From: Podarcis melisellensis
Taxonomy: Eukaryota
Reading direction: 5' to 3' (one strand)
Length of the DNA stretch: 64,000 bases
NCBI GenBank assembly: GCA_964234715.1
Contig: OZ174279.1
Below, piece by piece: positions 40,394 to 51,675 of this stretch. Both the position numbers and the translations under genes were made by a program. Every line of letters begins with the position of its first letter. The first letter of the stretch is position 1. The notes beneath the pieces were generated by a model. It was not told where the DNA came from. It saw only the letters and a list, made by a program, of their open reading frames with translations, and did no database searches.

Positions 40394-42901
40394 GTAAAGC
40401 ACAGCCACAGCCCAGCTAACCCCAGAATCCTTGGCTGGTCTGGGTTTTTTCTCGCCATCTATTGCTCTTTCCTTACTTTCTCTGTGCTGAGCTGGTTTCC
40501 ATTTCTTTTCTGCATACAGGTGATTTCAGATCTTTTCTCTGCTGATCATAATGCCAAAAATACTCCCCTTTTGTTTGTCTTTCCAGCTACAAGCCCATTC
40601 CTGGCCTGTCTGGCTGGAAGCAGACAGTCGTCGTCAAAATAAAATAAAATAAAAATAATACCCTGCCCAATAGTTGGAAGTGGGTCAGATTTTCTCCCCA
40701 TTGCATACATGCACATTTACTTTGTCCCAGGCTGTGTACACACCATACTTTGAAAACATACCCCCCCAAAAAAAAATATCGTGGGAACTGTAGTATATTC
40801 CTCACACTGCAACCATTCCCATCATTCTTATCAAACTACAGTTCCCAGGATCCTTTGCAGGAAACTCACATGCTTTAAATGTATGGTGTGTATGCAGCCC
40901 CAGTGCTGCATCTCGGCAAATGGGTTTTACAGATTTCTCAAATGATGCAAAACCCTAGATAACTTTTCTATCAAATTTCAGAGTAGAACAGTGTACGTAG
41001 CGCAAACTGCCTGCAGCTCGGGGTGGGGTCAAAAAAGAACGACTATCTGTTTCCAGTCTTTGCTTACTAACCTCAAACTACTTACTGAGATGATTCTAGA
41101 ATAAGTAGTTTGTAGCTTAAGAGCCGACTTTGATGGAGCATTTTTCTGGACCAAGTGACCCCTTGATAATGCACTGGGCGTATTTGTTTGTGCATATATT
41201 AAATCTTAGCATATATCGACTTTTTTCACAATTTCATTTTTTTAAACCATTTTTAAAAATTAAGTTTCAAGTGCAACTCTTTTTCGAACATCAATCACAC
41301 ACAATATCAATCATTTATCCATGGGCAGGTAAGAAACTCCAGCTATAATTCCTAACTCCATTCCAAACCTATATGAATATACCAAAGCTATCACTTTAAC
41401 CAAAAAGGGTGTTTGAAGAAATACTTTGCACGGAATGAAAATTTATAATCCAGTTTCATTATAGCCTATAAAATTAACTGTGCCACATTCTGGTGAACCT
41501 AAGTTCCAGGACAACACAACCTAGAGAGTTAGCCGGAGGGAAAATAGCTAGCTCATAGGATCCTTAGTACAAGCCAAGAACTTTAGCTGATGCAAAGCTC
41601 AGAAGGTACCTTCAGCACACTTTGGGGAATGGTATATCTCAGGAGCAGTTAGTGTGGTGCCCTTTGGATTTGTGGGACTCCGTTTCCCATCCATCCCAGT
41701 CATCATGGCTGATGGCCAGAGACGATGGGAGTTGGAGTCCAACAATATCTGAACTGCCAGCTTTCCCCCTTCCAGGAATGAATAAAACAAATGAACTCAG
41801 GTATCTGGGGTGCTTACTGCACCTTGTCCCCATTATTTTGCCACACCATTTCTTGATCAGGTAGTGCCACCTCATTTCTCATGTGCCACCAATTAAGGTG
41901 GCTTTTGGGGTGTGTCTGTGTCCTTCTTCCCAAGAGCTTTCTTGGTGATAGCACACCAAGTCCTCATGTTAGTCCTCAGCTGGGGACCCCGCCGATGGTG
42001 CCATGGTGTCCTTCCAGGTTGGAGAGACAGATGAAGGTGATTTCCATTTGACACCCCAACCCCATTTGACAGTGGAGAATCCCATAAATACAAAAAGGAA
42101 AGAAGAGAAATAAACCAGGAATGTGGGTAGGTGCCTTGTCTGCAAGCCAATCATCAGAGGAGATTCCAGCAGCTGCCCTCCACTCACTGGTATAGTTCAG
42201 AGCAAGTGAGTAGCAGAGCATGAGATAACCAGCTGCTGCGGACCAGGGACTAGCTGCTGGTGGCGGTGCAGAGCCAGTCTACATGTACAGAACCCTCAAA
42301 CAGAGTTAATTTGCAACTTGAATTGTTTACAAGGGAATTGCATCCTCTGAATGGTTGCTGAATGGGTCTGTGATTCTTCACTGATCATTCATTTAGAAAC
42401 ACATTCTGCCTAAGCAGGAGCCTCCAAATTCAACGCCAGATTTTCAGAGAAAGAAAGTTATACGACGCTGTGTAATAGGCTTACTCTGTCCCACCCACTG
42501 TTGGCCCCGACTCCCGACTGACGCATCCCGTGAGTCAACATCAGGGCAGACCTAAGACATTCTGCTGCCTGAGGCAAAGGACAACATGCCCTTCCCCTGA
42601 TCCCACCCATTCACTTTTCACTTTATTATTTGTTTATTCCTATGGTGCCCCTAAAATAACCACTTACATGCCTGATCATGAATATCAACATGTATGTTGC
42701 CTGGCAGAGTGGGGAACCCCTCCTACAGTCTACTCACTCATTACATTTGATGACAGTTCATTCAGAGGCATGTTTACTGCTCCTTTTCAAAACTTTCTGC
42801 ATGTGTCTAGAGATCTTGCTTTCTCCTCTGGCTTCGGAGTCGACTTGGATTTTGGTGGGGGGCAAATTAACCTGTTTTCTTCTTGTTTTTCTTCTTCCCA
42901 G

Positions 42902-42922
42902 GGCGAAAATGAAGGAAATTAA
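42902..42922 (+). CDS. SNCG: Gamma-synuclein last coding exon (GENEGN*)
   Basis: Long polypyrimidine tract + cag, then GGC GAA AAT GAA GGA AAT TAA. Total CDS 405 nt = 134 aa. Confidence 0.9.
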   Translation, partial: GENEGN

Positions 42923-43319
42923 CCCTCCTAGTGTGAAAAGTGGGAATCCCAGGAGTAAATGCAGAAATGTTAGCTGCCACCAGAGCAGGGAAATCACTCA
43001 TCCCCTAGGCTAACTTCATTCAGCACTACAGTCTTTCACTTGCCTCATAACGACATACCATAGATGTCTAGCAGACTCTTGACCATCTGTTTTAGGGAAA
43101 CTGTGTGCAGCAGAGCTCTGTCTGTCCCCGTCCCCCCCATCTCCTTTGTGGCTTCCTTCCTTCCCCATCTTCAAAGCCTTCTGAGCGTGTGGTTTGGTAG
43201 CCGTGATATAGCACAGTCGTGGTTGGAATTGCTGGTTAATGTCTTCTGCCCATTAGCATCAGCACTTGAGATCCCTAAAAATGGTGGACTTTTTTTTTTA
43301 AAGAAAAAAAGAGAGACAA

Positions 43320-43325
43320 AATAAA
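43320..43325 (+). terminator. Probable SNCG polyadenylation signal
   Basis: AATAAA ~400 nt after the stop, followed by T/GT-rich sequence. Confidence 0.6.
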
Positions 43326-43622
43326 ACAACTTGTTTCAACTAAGTCTTTGTTTGCGCCTTCTCAGTTTATTCATCATTCTGACTGTGAGTCTTGTTGGTT
43401 ATAATAGTTAATAAGAGGCATACCACACCAGCATTAAAAAATTAGAGAGATGGGGGGAAATGAGTGAGTGGTTGGTTTATATTATCAGTTGATCGAAGAG
43501 GACACATTCATCACAGTCTAATCTTGTGCCGCCAAAGCTGATCCCTTTTCATTCATATCTAGGAATGCTTTAAACTCTTGAATATGACAAAATCTATATC
43601 AGTGTGCCTTCCTCCAAATTGC

Positions 43623-43790
43623 CAGTGGCGTAGCGTGGGTTGTCAGCACCCGGGGCAAGGCAAGTAATTTGCGCCCCCTAACCCGTGGATTTGCGCCCCC
43701 TAACCCGTGGATTTGCGCCCCCTAACCCTAACCCCCAGATGTTGCATCCGGTGCAGCCGGGCCCCCCTGCACCCCCACGCTACGCCACTG
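43623..43790 (+). mobile_element. hAT MITE
   Basis: Same family; TSD caaattgc/caaatcgc; one extra internal repeat unit. Confidence 0.85.
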
Positions 43791-44853
43791 CAAATCGCAT
43801 CTCAGATTTGCTTAAATTTGCAGCTGTAAGACAAGTGTATCAGATTGTGGTCTGGTGCATATAAATATCATAATAATGCTGAGCTTGCCAAACAACTAAC
43901 AACTGTCTGAGTTTGAGGCCCCCTTTGAACTTGAGGTCCAGGCCAAATGGCCCTCCTGCCCACACAAACACTGGCTGGCCTTGCTTGTCATACAGCTGAG
44001 CAAGTGGGGAGGGCCTCTTTTGCAATCCTCAGACTGGCAGGGAAGGGATTTCCAGTGGCATCCAGGAAGCTATCTGTGCAGGTAGAATATAGAAGCTAAA
44101 CTTCAAAGAGGATGCAAAGCTGTCGTTTGGATCCATCATCTTTTACTTGCATCCCTAAGATAAACACAAGTCGCCATGTTCCTGGAAGAGGCTTCTGCAA
44201 AATGTTTCTTCCCTTTGCAAATCAGCAAGAGCAGAGCCAGGGCAGTGTTCATCTCTTAACAGGGACCACTCACAGTTGATTTGATGTGATTTGCTCAGTA
44301 GCTCTTGGGTGGAGCCAAGGATTAAAACAAAACAGACGATCCAGAACAAGCAGCGTGAGTCATATATTTCCTCTCATTTGCAACTTAAAAACAAGCCAGA
44401 TGTGTGTGCCTAGTGGTGTTTCTTGCAAAAGAAAAGCCTCTGGGTGTGGCAAGATAAATTGGGGTTCCTCAAGCATTTCCTTGCCTCAATTCACAGATTT
44501 CGGGGTCTCTGTGTACTGTCCCACCATCTTTGCCAGGACAACGAAACCCCACTGACACATGGTATGGTGCTCAACTGCCTGCTTTTCAACACAGATCCAA
44601 AACGCAGGAAGCTGCCGTATACTAAGAGTGTGTACACACTACAAATTCAAAACACAAGAATCTTGGGAATTATAGTTTGTCCCTAACAGGGCAACCATTC
44701 CCAGCACCCTTAACAAACTATGGTTCCCAGAATTCTTTGTATGTGTGATGTGCATGCACAATTATACCACATGATGGCTTCCTCCAAGGAATCCTGGGAA
44801 CTGAATTTCATTAAAAGTGCTGAAAGCTGTTAGGACACTCCTATTCCCCTCAC

Positions 44854-45205
44854 GGGACGCAGGTGGTGCTGTGGGTTAAACCACTGAACCTAGGGCTTGC
44901 TGATCAGAAGGTCAGCGGTTCGAATCCCCGCGACGGGGTGAGCTCCCGTTGCTCGGTCCCTGCTCCTGGCAACCTAGCAGTTCGAAAGCACGTCAAAGTG
45001 CAAGTAAATAAATAGGAACCGCTCTGGCGGGAAGGTAAACGGTGTTTCCGTTCCCTGCTCTGGTTCGCCAGAAGCGGCTTAGTCCTGCTGGCCACATGAC
45101 CCAGAAGCTGTACGCCAGCTCCCTCGGCCAGTAAAGCGAGATGAGCGCCACAACTCCAGAGTTGGTCACGACTGGACCTAATGGTCAGGGGTCCCTTTAC
45201 CTTTA
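44854..45205 (+). mobile_element. Sauria SINE
   Basis: TSD ctattcccctcac. Confidence 0.9.
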
Positions 45206-46969
45206 CTATTCCCCTCACATATCTACTATTCCCTGGGAAGAGGAATTGATGGTTAAACCACTCTGGGAACTGTAGCTCTGGAAGGGGAATGGAGTCTCCT
45301 AAAAACTCTCAGTACCCTCAACAAACGACAGTTCCCAGGAGTCTTTGGGGGAAGCCATGACTGTTAAAATGTTGTAGCATTGCTTTAAATATATGGGGCA
45401 GATGTGGCCTAAGTCAGACCACTGGTCTGTCTAGCTCAGTATCAACTGTATAGACAGACAGGAATCACTGCCAACCCTACCTTGACATGCTGGTGTTTGA
45501 ACCTGGTGTTTTCTCCGTGCAAAATATGTGCTCAGCTGCTAAGACATGGCTCCTCCCTACTGTATAACTGCTTCATCACCTCAGGTCTCCCCAAGTTCCA
45601 AAGTGGGCAAATGTCCCAAATCCAGGGCTTGTTTTAGCTTCCAAGGAACCTCTCAGCTCAAGGTCAACACAAAAGACAGCTGCCTCAATGGTGCCTTAAT
45701 GCCCCACCTGTGTGTTTTATTAAGCCAGCAGCAAGCTGTTTCTGTTGCCTTCTGTTCTCAGAACTCCATGCATTGCCTGTCGGGTTCTTTCCTTTCCTCG
45801 CCACCTGACACATCTGGACTGTACTTCATATTTGTTTGCTGGCTTCAGGTGGCTGTTTGCTCTCTCTGCTTTTTAAAATTCTGAGTCAAGAGATGAGAGA
45901 CATTAATGGCCTGTCCAGCGCTGCATTAAATGGTGAGCAAAACACGCCTCATTTACTAAAACACCCTAGTTCGGCAATACGATTGCTAGAGTCAATACCG
46001 GTGATCCCGCGAACGGAAGCTCAGGTAAGTATTGACACAAACTCTGCTGGCTGCATGACTGGATTAGAAGAACCACTAAATAAGGCTCGGCTCACCACCA
46101 TACCAGAATGGGGAAAGACGGCTTAGTGGTTTTTAGTAGTTTCTTGCATTTCATGGTATACCAATTCTGTTAAATAAATCAATAAAAAGGAAAGAGTTTG
46201 GAAGCAAGTAAAGTAATATGCACAAATTGCCTAAAGAGGGTGTGCATACAAAAGACTGTTAAGACTTAAATGAATTAACCAAACCTATGCCATTTAAGAT
46301 ACTGCATCTATCCCCTGAATGGTGCACAAAGGAGGATAAGGGGCCTGCACAGAGACATCTGAGCACCAGTGTGTTGTGTTCTTGGAGGCCTAGGACAAGG
46401 AGGAAGGGCCTTAGTTTCCTATACCCATTTTCGAAGGATGGTACTTTGTAAATGTTTAGTGCAATAGAAATGAAATCCATATGCCAGAGCAAAAAATCAG
46501 AATGCAACCTTTGAGGACACTTCTGCAAAGGCAGGAGTAGCCAATGTGGTGTACTTTGGTGTATAATGTGGTGTACTCTATCCAACAGGACAAATAGTTG
46601 GGGGTTAAGGGGAGTTGGAAGGGGGGCACCACATTGATTACCTCAGTATTGTGGATACACAGGCCCAGATACGAACGGACATTGGTGCCTCTCTCACACA
46701 ACTGCCCCTATGTTGCTCCATGCTGACGTGCCCGCCATTTGCTCAGTTATTTTCCACCGAGATTCTATTCAGAAGGGATGAGCACTATTCCCACTGATGC
46801 AGAAAGAAAACACTTGCTGAGACACACCTCCCACCTGGGAAATGCGAAGAATTTGGCATTTTGACACGTGCCTTCAGTTTCGTTTATCTGGGCTTAAAAT
46901 GCTAAGCCACCTGAATGCTCCACCTATTGAAAATATTTGCCCAGTGAGCGTGGGGGGTGTCTTGGTTTG

Positions 46970-46978
46970 TATATAAAA
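46970..46978 (+). promoter_or_regulatory. TATA box of ADIRF
   Basis: TATATAAAA ~95 nt upstream of the ADIRF ATG. Confidence 0.6.
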
Positions 46979-47065
46979 CCAGCATGGGCTGGAGACACTG
47001 CCACAGAATGTTTAGAAGGCCGATGTTTTAAATTTGGTTAAGGACAGAAGCTGTTGAAAACAACC

Positions 47066-47132
47066 ATGTCTGGAAAGCAACCATGTTTTAAGGGCTTTGC
47101 TCAACAAGCTGAAGGGACTGTGCAGGATGCTG
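47066..47132 (+). CDS. ADIRF: Adipogenesis regulatory factor, coding exon 1
   Basis: accATG, MSGKQPCFKGFAQQAEGTVQDA, donor G|gtaaga (phase 1). Resembles human MASKGLQDLKQQVEGTAQEA (recalled). Lies directly downstream of SNCG. Confidence 0.88.
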
Positions 47133-47141
47133 GTAAGAAAC

Positions 47142-47142
<1 letters not shown>

Positions 47143-47191
<49 letters not shown>

Positions 47192-47220
47192 ATCTATCAT
47201 CTATCATCTATCATCTATCT
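47143..47220. repeat. (ATCT)n microsatellite just after the ADIRF exon 1 donor
   Basis: Direct inspection; similar array at 37519-37567. Confidence 0.9.
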
Positions 47221-47484
47221 TGGTTTCACTTCAGATGCCCAATGAAAAGGAGTTTCATTCTCAGGGCTGGTTTATGCATTCTCAGTAGCATCAAGCTGGT
47301 CTGCTTCCTTCCTGGTCTCTGCTTCTTGTAAATCAGAATGCACCCCTCTGAAAAAGTGGATTGCTGATTGAAGACACTTCCAACTGATTCTATGACTCTA
47401 GGACACTTCCAACTCTATGATTCTTCAACTCTTTGGCATAGCAAGTTAGGCTGCATCCACACAGCATTTTATTCCATTTTCACA

Positions 47485-48240
47485 AAGTTTGGGAGCTGGG
47501 GGCACTGTTATACAGTGGTTTCGCTCCTTCCTCCTGGGCCGTGTTCAGAAAGTGGTGGTGGGGGATGAGTGTTCAGACCCTTGGGCCCTCACTTGTGGGG
47601 TACCTCAGGGTTCCGTCCTCTCCCCCATGCTTTTTAACATCTATATGAAGCCCGCGGACTGTCTCGCCAGAGTGGTGCAGGCTCTAGTTATCTCCCGCTT
47701 GGACTACTGCAATGCGCTCTACATGGGGCTACCTTTGAAGGTGACTCGGAAACTACAGCTAATCCAGAATGCGGCAGCTAGACTGGTGACTGGGGGCAGC
47801 CGCCGAGACCACATAACACCGGTCTTGAAAGACCTACATTGGCTCCCAGTACGTTTCCGAGCACAATTCAAAGTGTTGGTGTTGACCTTTAAAGCCCTAA
47901 ACGGCCTCGGCCCAGTATACCTGAAGGAGCGTCTCCACCCCCATCGTTCTGCCCGGACGCTGAGGTCCAGTGCCGAGGGCCTTCTGGCGGTTCCCTCATT
48001 GCGAGAAGCAAAGCTACAGGGAACCAGGCAGAGGGCCTTTTCGGTAGTGGCGCCCGCCCTGTGGAACGCCCTCCCATCAGATGTCAAAACGATAAACAAC
48101 TACTTGACATTCAGAAGACATCTTAAGGCAGCCCTGTTCAGGGAAGTTTTTAATGTATGATATTTTAGTGTTTCCTGGTTTCTATGGAAGCCGCCCAGAG
48201 TGGCTGGGGAAACCCAGCCAGATGGGCGGGGTACAAATAA

Positions 48241-48292
<52 letters not shown>
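47485..48292 (+). mobile_element. L2 LINE, 5'-truncated and internally deleted, in ADIRF intron 1
   Basis: RT motif GVPQGSVLSPMLFNIYM joined to SRLDYCN...LQLIQNAAARL...LHWLPV; (ATT)n tail. Confidence 0.9.
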
Positions 48293-48294
<2 letters not shown>

Positions 48295-49332
48295 TCCTTA
48301 TCTGATAATTTCCACACTTTATGCAATCTTTCCCACAATGTAAAAGCCACTACTGGAAAAACAGCGGACTCTAGCAGAAGTTTAGTGTACATTTCCAGGT
48401 TATTTGGCTCCGGGGGGGGGGGCAATTTTACAACCAGTTAACTCATCAAATTGTGGGAGTTCTGTGGTGTAGTCTCAAGTGAAGAAATTTCAGGCAGTAT
48501 TCAAGCATACGGTTTTTTTCTACCATATCAAATTTAGCACGACATGGTGGTATATTGAGCAACAAGCAACAGTTCCATAATGCAAAAGGTGATGTAGTAT
48601 AAAAGAAACATTAAAATCTGGGGTAGAAGTGCTAGCATTATAATTAGGATTGTTGGTATCTGTCTGTCTTGGGAGACAATGGAGGAGTGTGTCTTTAGGG
48701 GTGATGTCAAAATATTGGAAGGTTACAGTGCCTGCTGTGGCTGTAGAGACCGATACAGGAGAGACATGCTTTGTTGCAGTTGAGGCAGATGAAGGTTGTG
48801 CTGTTGAATGCAGCCTTAGACTTCTATAAATAAGTAGTTGTTTTTAAATGCTTGAAGGAGGCTGAATTTCATAATGCCCCCCCCATGTGCAGTATGAAGT
48901 GGAACAGTCCAGGAAGACCTTCATCAAAGAACAGGTTAGCCCTTCAGCAATAGGTATCTAACAATGGCATTTCTTGATTGACATTATATGGTCTGCTTAA
49001 TAGTCCTGAGCGCTAAAGTGGATGCAGCTTACTTTTATTATGTTTATTTATGTTTCCTCTGGAAAGCTCAGAACAATGTACTCCACTCCCGATTTTATCC
49101 TCATGACAAGTTGAATAAAATGGGGGGGGGGCAAGTGAGCCCCGCCCCACATAAATGATCACATGAAGTGGTACATGCACACCATTCGAATGGCAATGCC
49201 CATCAATTGGGGGGGGCTCAAATATTTTATGGGGCCCCCCAAAGGGACCTCAGCCCCTAGGAGTTGGCTCTTACGCTATGCTGTGAGATAGGTGAGGCTG
49301 AGAAATGGAATAGCAATGCAAGCATCAATGTT

Positions 49333-49518
49333 TGTTGTTGTTGTTTAGTCATGTCCGACTCTTTGTGACCCCATGGACCAGAGCACGCCACGCACTCCTG
49401 TCTTCCACTGCCTCCCATAGTTTGATCAAACTTATGTTAGTAGCTTTGGGAACACTGTCCAACCATCTCGTCCTCTGTCATTCCCTTCTCCTTGTGCCCT
49501 CAATCTTTCCCAGCATCA
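49333..49518 (-). mobile_element. BovB 3' fragment
   Basis: Reverse-complement match to 23120-23280; (TTG)n tail. Confidence 0.8.
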
Positions 49519-50679
49519 ATTAGGGGAGTGGTGTGAGCTAGCCATCACTGTAGTACGCTCAGAGGAATAGTGAGATTTCTTTTCTGTACCAAAGTTAAAT
49601 AGCCTTTCCTGCTCACCCCATCACTTGTGATGTCACTGCTTTCCTCTCTCCTAAAAACAACTCAGTTCTGAAAAATATGTACATTCATGTCCCCAGATGC
49701 CACTGATCTGCTAGGTCACAGCCATTCACCCAGGTGCTGTGATAAGGAAGATCTTGTTTTCCCTATGATATCTATGTACTCAGTGTGCACTCAAAGAACA
49801 TCTTGTTATTGTCTGCTGATGCGTGACTGATAAAGTTATCAATCTGAACCACGATTCTAACCTCATGATGCAGGACCACACAGCTTGTGGACCCACCAAG
49901 AGGATCTCACAACCCATCAACTACAAACGGAAAATGTGCCAGGGATTCATTAAAACCCTTCTGGGGCTTCTGCATGCATGCATGGGGCTGCAAAAACACA
50001 CCATGGGTTTCCTCAAGTATTGCTGATATTTTCAGCTTGGTGGGGGTTACACTTTGCTGGGGGCGGGGGAGAAATGTGATTCAGATCACATCCAAAGCTG
50101 AGCCAAACTGATTTGCACTTCCTGAAACAATACACAAACTGAAATGCAGCCATCCTTCAAAATTTGCCACTTCTTCAAATTTTGCAACACAGTTCTCCGG
50201 TCAAGCAATATGTACAAAAATGCCTATGCTATTGTAAAGTGTACAAATAATGTATGCATTGGTGAAAATAATGCACAAAAATGTTATATAAGGGGGACTG
50301 CTTGTGAAAATATGCATATTAAGCAAAATTGCATACGAAGAATGTGTACATTAGGCGAAATCACACTAAAATGGTGAATTTTCATGAGGACTTAAAAAAA
50401 AAATTTGCAAACTGATCTTATAATTTCTACAAATTTTTAACAAATGAACTTAAGATGGGAAAAATTAGCAACCGAAAGAACCCAAATTTACAGATTTTCT
50501 CACCCCTACAGTTTGCACAGGTTTTATTATAAATTGCTCCAGGAGAAGAATACATCCTGAAAGAAAGCTATGATATAAATAAGAATAAAATAAATATTTC
50601 CCTTTGATTTTCCTAGTACCTTCCCTTTTTACAACTGATTTTTAAAATTAAATAAATCTCTTTTTTCTCTTTCTTGCAG

Positions 50680-50742
50680 TAAACAAGGTGGGACAGGCCA
50701 CGCAGCAAGTTGTGGACCAAGCTACCCAGGCGGGTCAGAAAG
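50680..50742 (+). CDS. ADIRF: Adipogenesis regulatory factor, coding exon 2
   Basis: ttcttgcag| 63 nt VNKVGQATQQVVDQATQAGQK |gtagga. Contains the ADIRF motif QQVVDQAT.AGQK. Confidence 0.92.
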
Positions 50743-51130
50743 GTAGGACTCAAAATTGCTACTAGCTTAAAAGCAGATTGTCAATTATAGCATGAGCTGT
50801 GCCTGTTCCATTTATGATATGTGTATACAACCCTTGGTAGGTTGCATAAGGTCAGTGGTAGCCAAGCATCTGCTTTGTAAACATAATGTCTTTTCCCAGG
50901 GGAACTCTGAAAATTATAGCTCTGTGAACATGGCAGCTGACTCAGTCTTTGCCAGTGTCATCCCAATGAGGAAGGCGTGCACACCGGGATTCTGCCAAGT
51001 GCAGGGAAAATGCAGCAACATCACAACTGACCTCAAAGCAAGATCCCATCCCTAATCTCTGACTGGCTAGGGAAAGGGGAAGCTGGGACATGAGGAGTCA
51101 AAGAATATTAAGTGGGCTATCCTGCTTTTA

Positions 51131-51485
51131 GGGACGCGGGTGGTGCTGTGGGTTAAACCACAGAGCCTAGGACTTGCTGATCAGAAGGTCGGCAGTTCGA
51201 ATCCCCGCGACAGGGTGAGCTCCCGTTGCTCAGTCCCTGCTCCTGCCAACCTAGCAGTTCGAAAGCAAGTCAAAGTGCAAGTAGATAAATAGATACCGCT
51301 CTGGTGGGAAGGTAAACGGCGTTTCTGGGCGCTGCTCTGGTTTGCCAGAAGCGGCTTAGTCATGCTGGCCACATGACCCAGAAGCTGTACGCCGGCTCCC
51401 TCGGCCAATAAAGCGAGATGAGCGCTGCAACCCCAGAGTTGGCCATGACTGGACCTAATGGTCAGGGGCCCCTTTACCTTTACCT
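51131..51485 (+). mobile_element. Sauria SINE in ADIRF intron 2
   Basis: TSD tatcctgctttt. Confidence 0.9.
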
Positions 51486-51601
51486 TATCCTGCTTTTGCA
51501 GGCAGTGGTTGTTCAGACTGGGCAGCACATTGAAGCTACACATTAGGAACCAAGTGCTTGGGAAACCCCGATTAGTAACATCCTTCCTTCCCTTTTTACA
51601 G

Positions 51602-51675
51602 CTGTGGACCAAGTGTACAAGGTAGCTCAAGATGGAGTGACCGACCTCGAGAAAAAAATTGGACTCAAGAAATGA
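51602..51675 (+). CDS. ADIRF: Adipogenesis regulatory factor, coding exon 3
   Basis: tttttacag| AVDQVYKVAQDGVTDLEKKIGLKK*. C-terminus resembles human GKKFGLLK. Total 67 aa. Confidence 0.88.
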
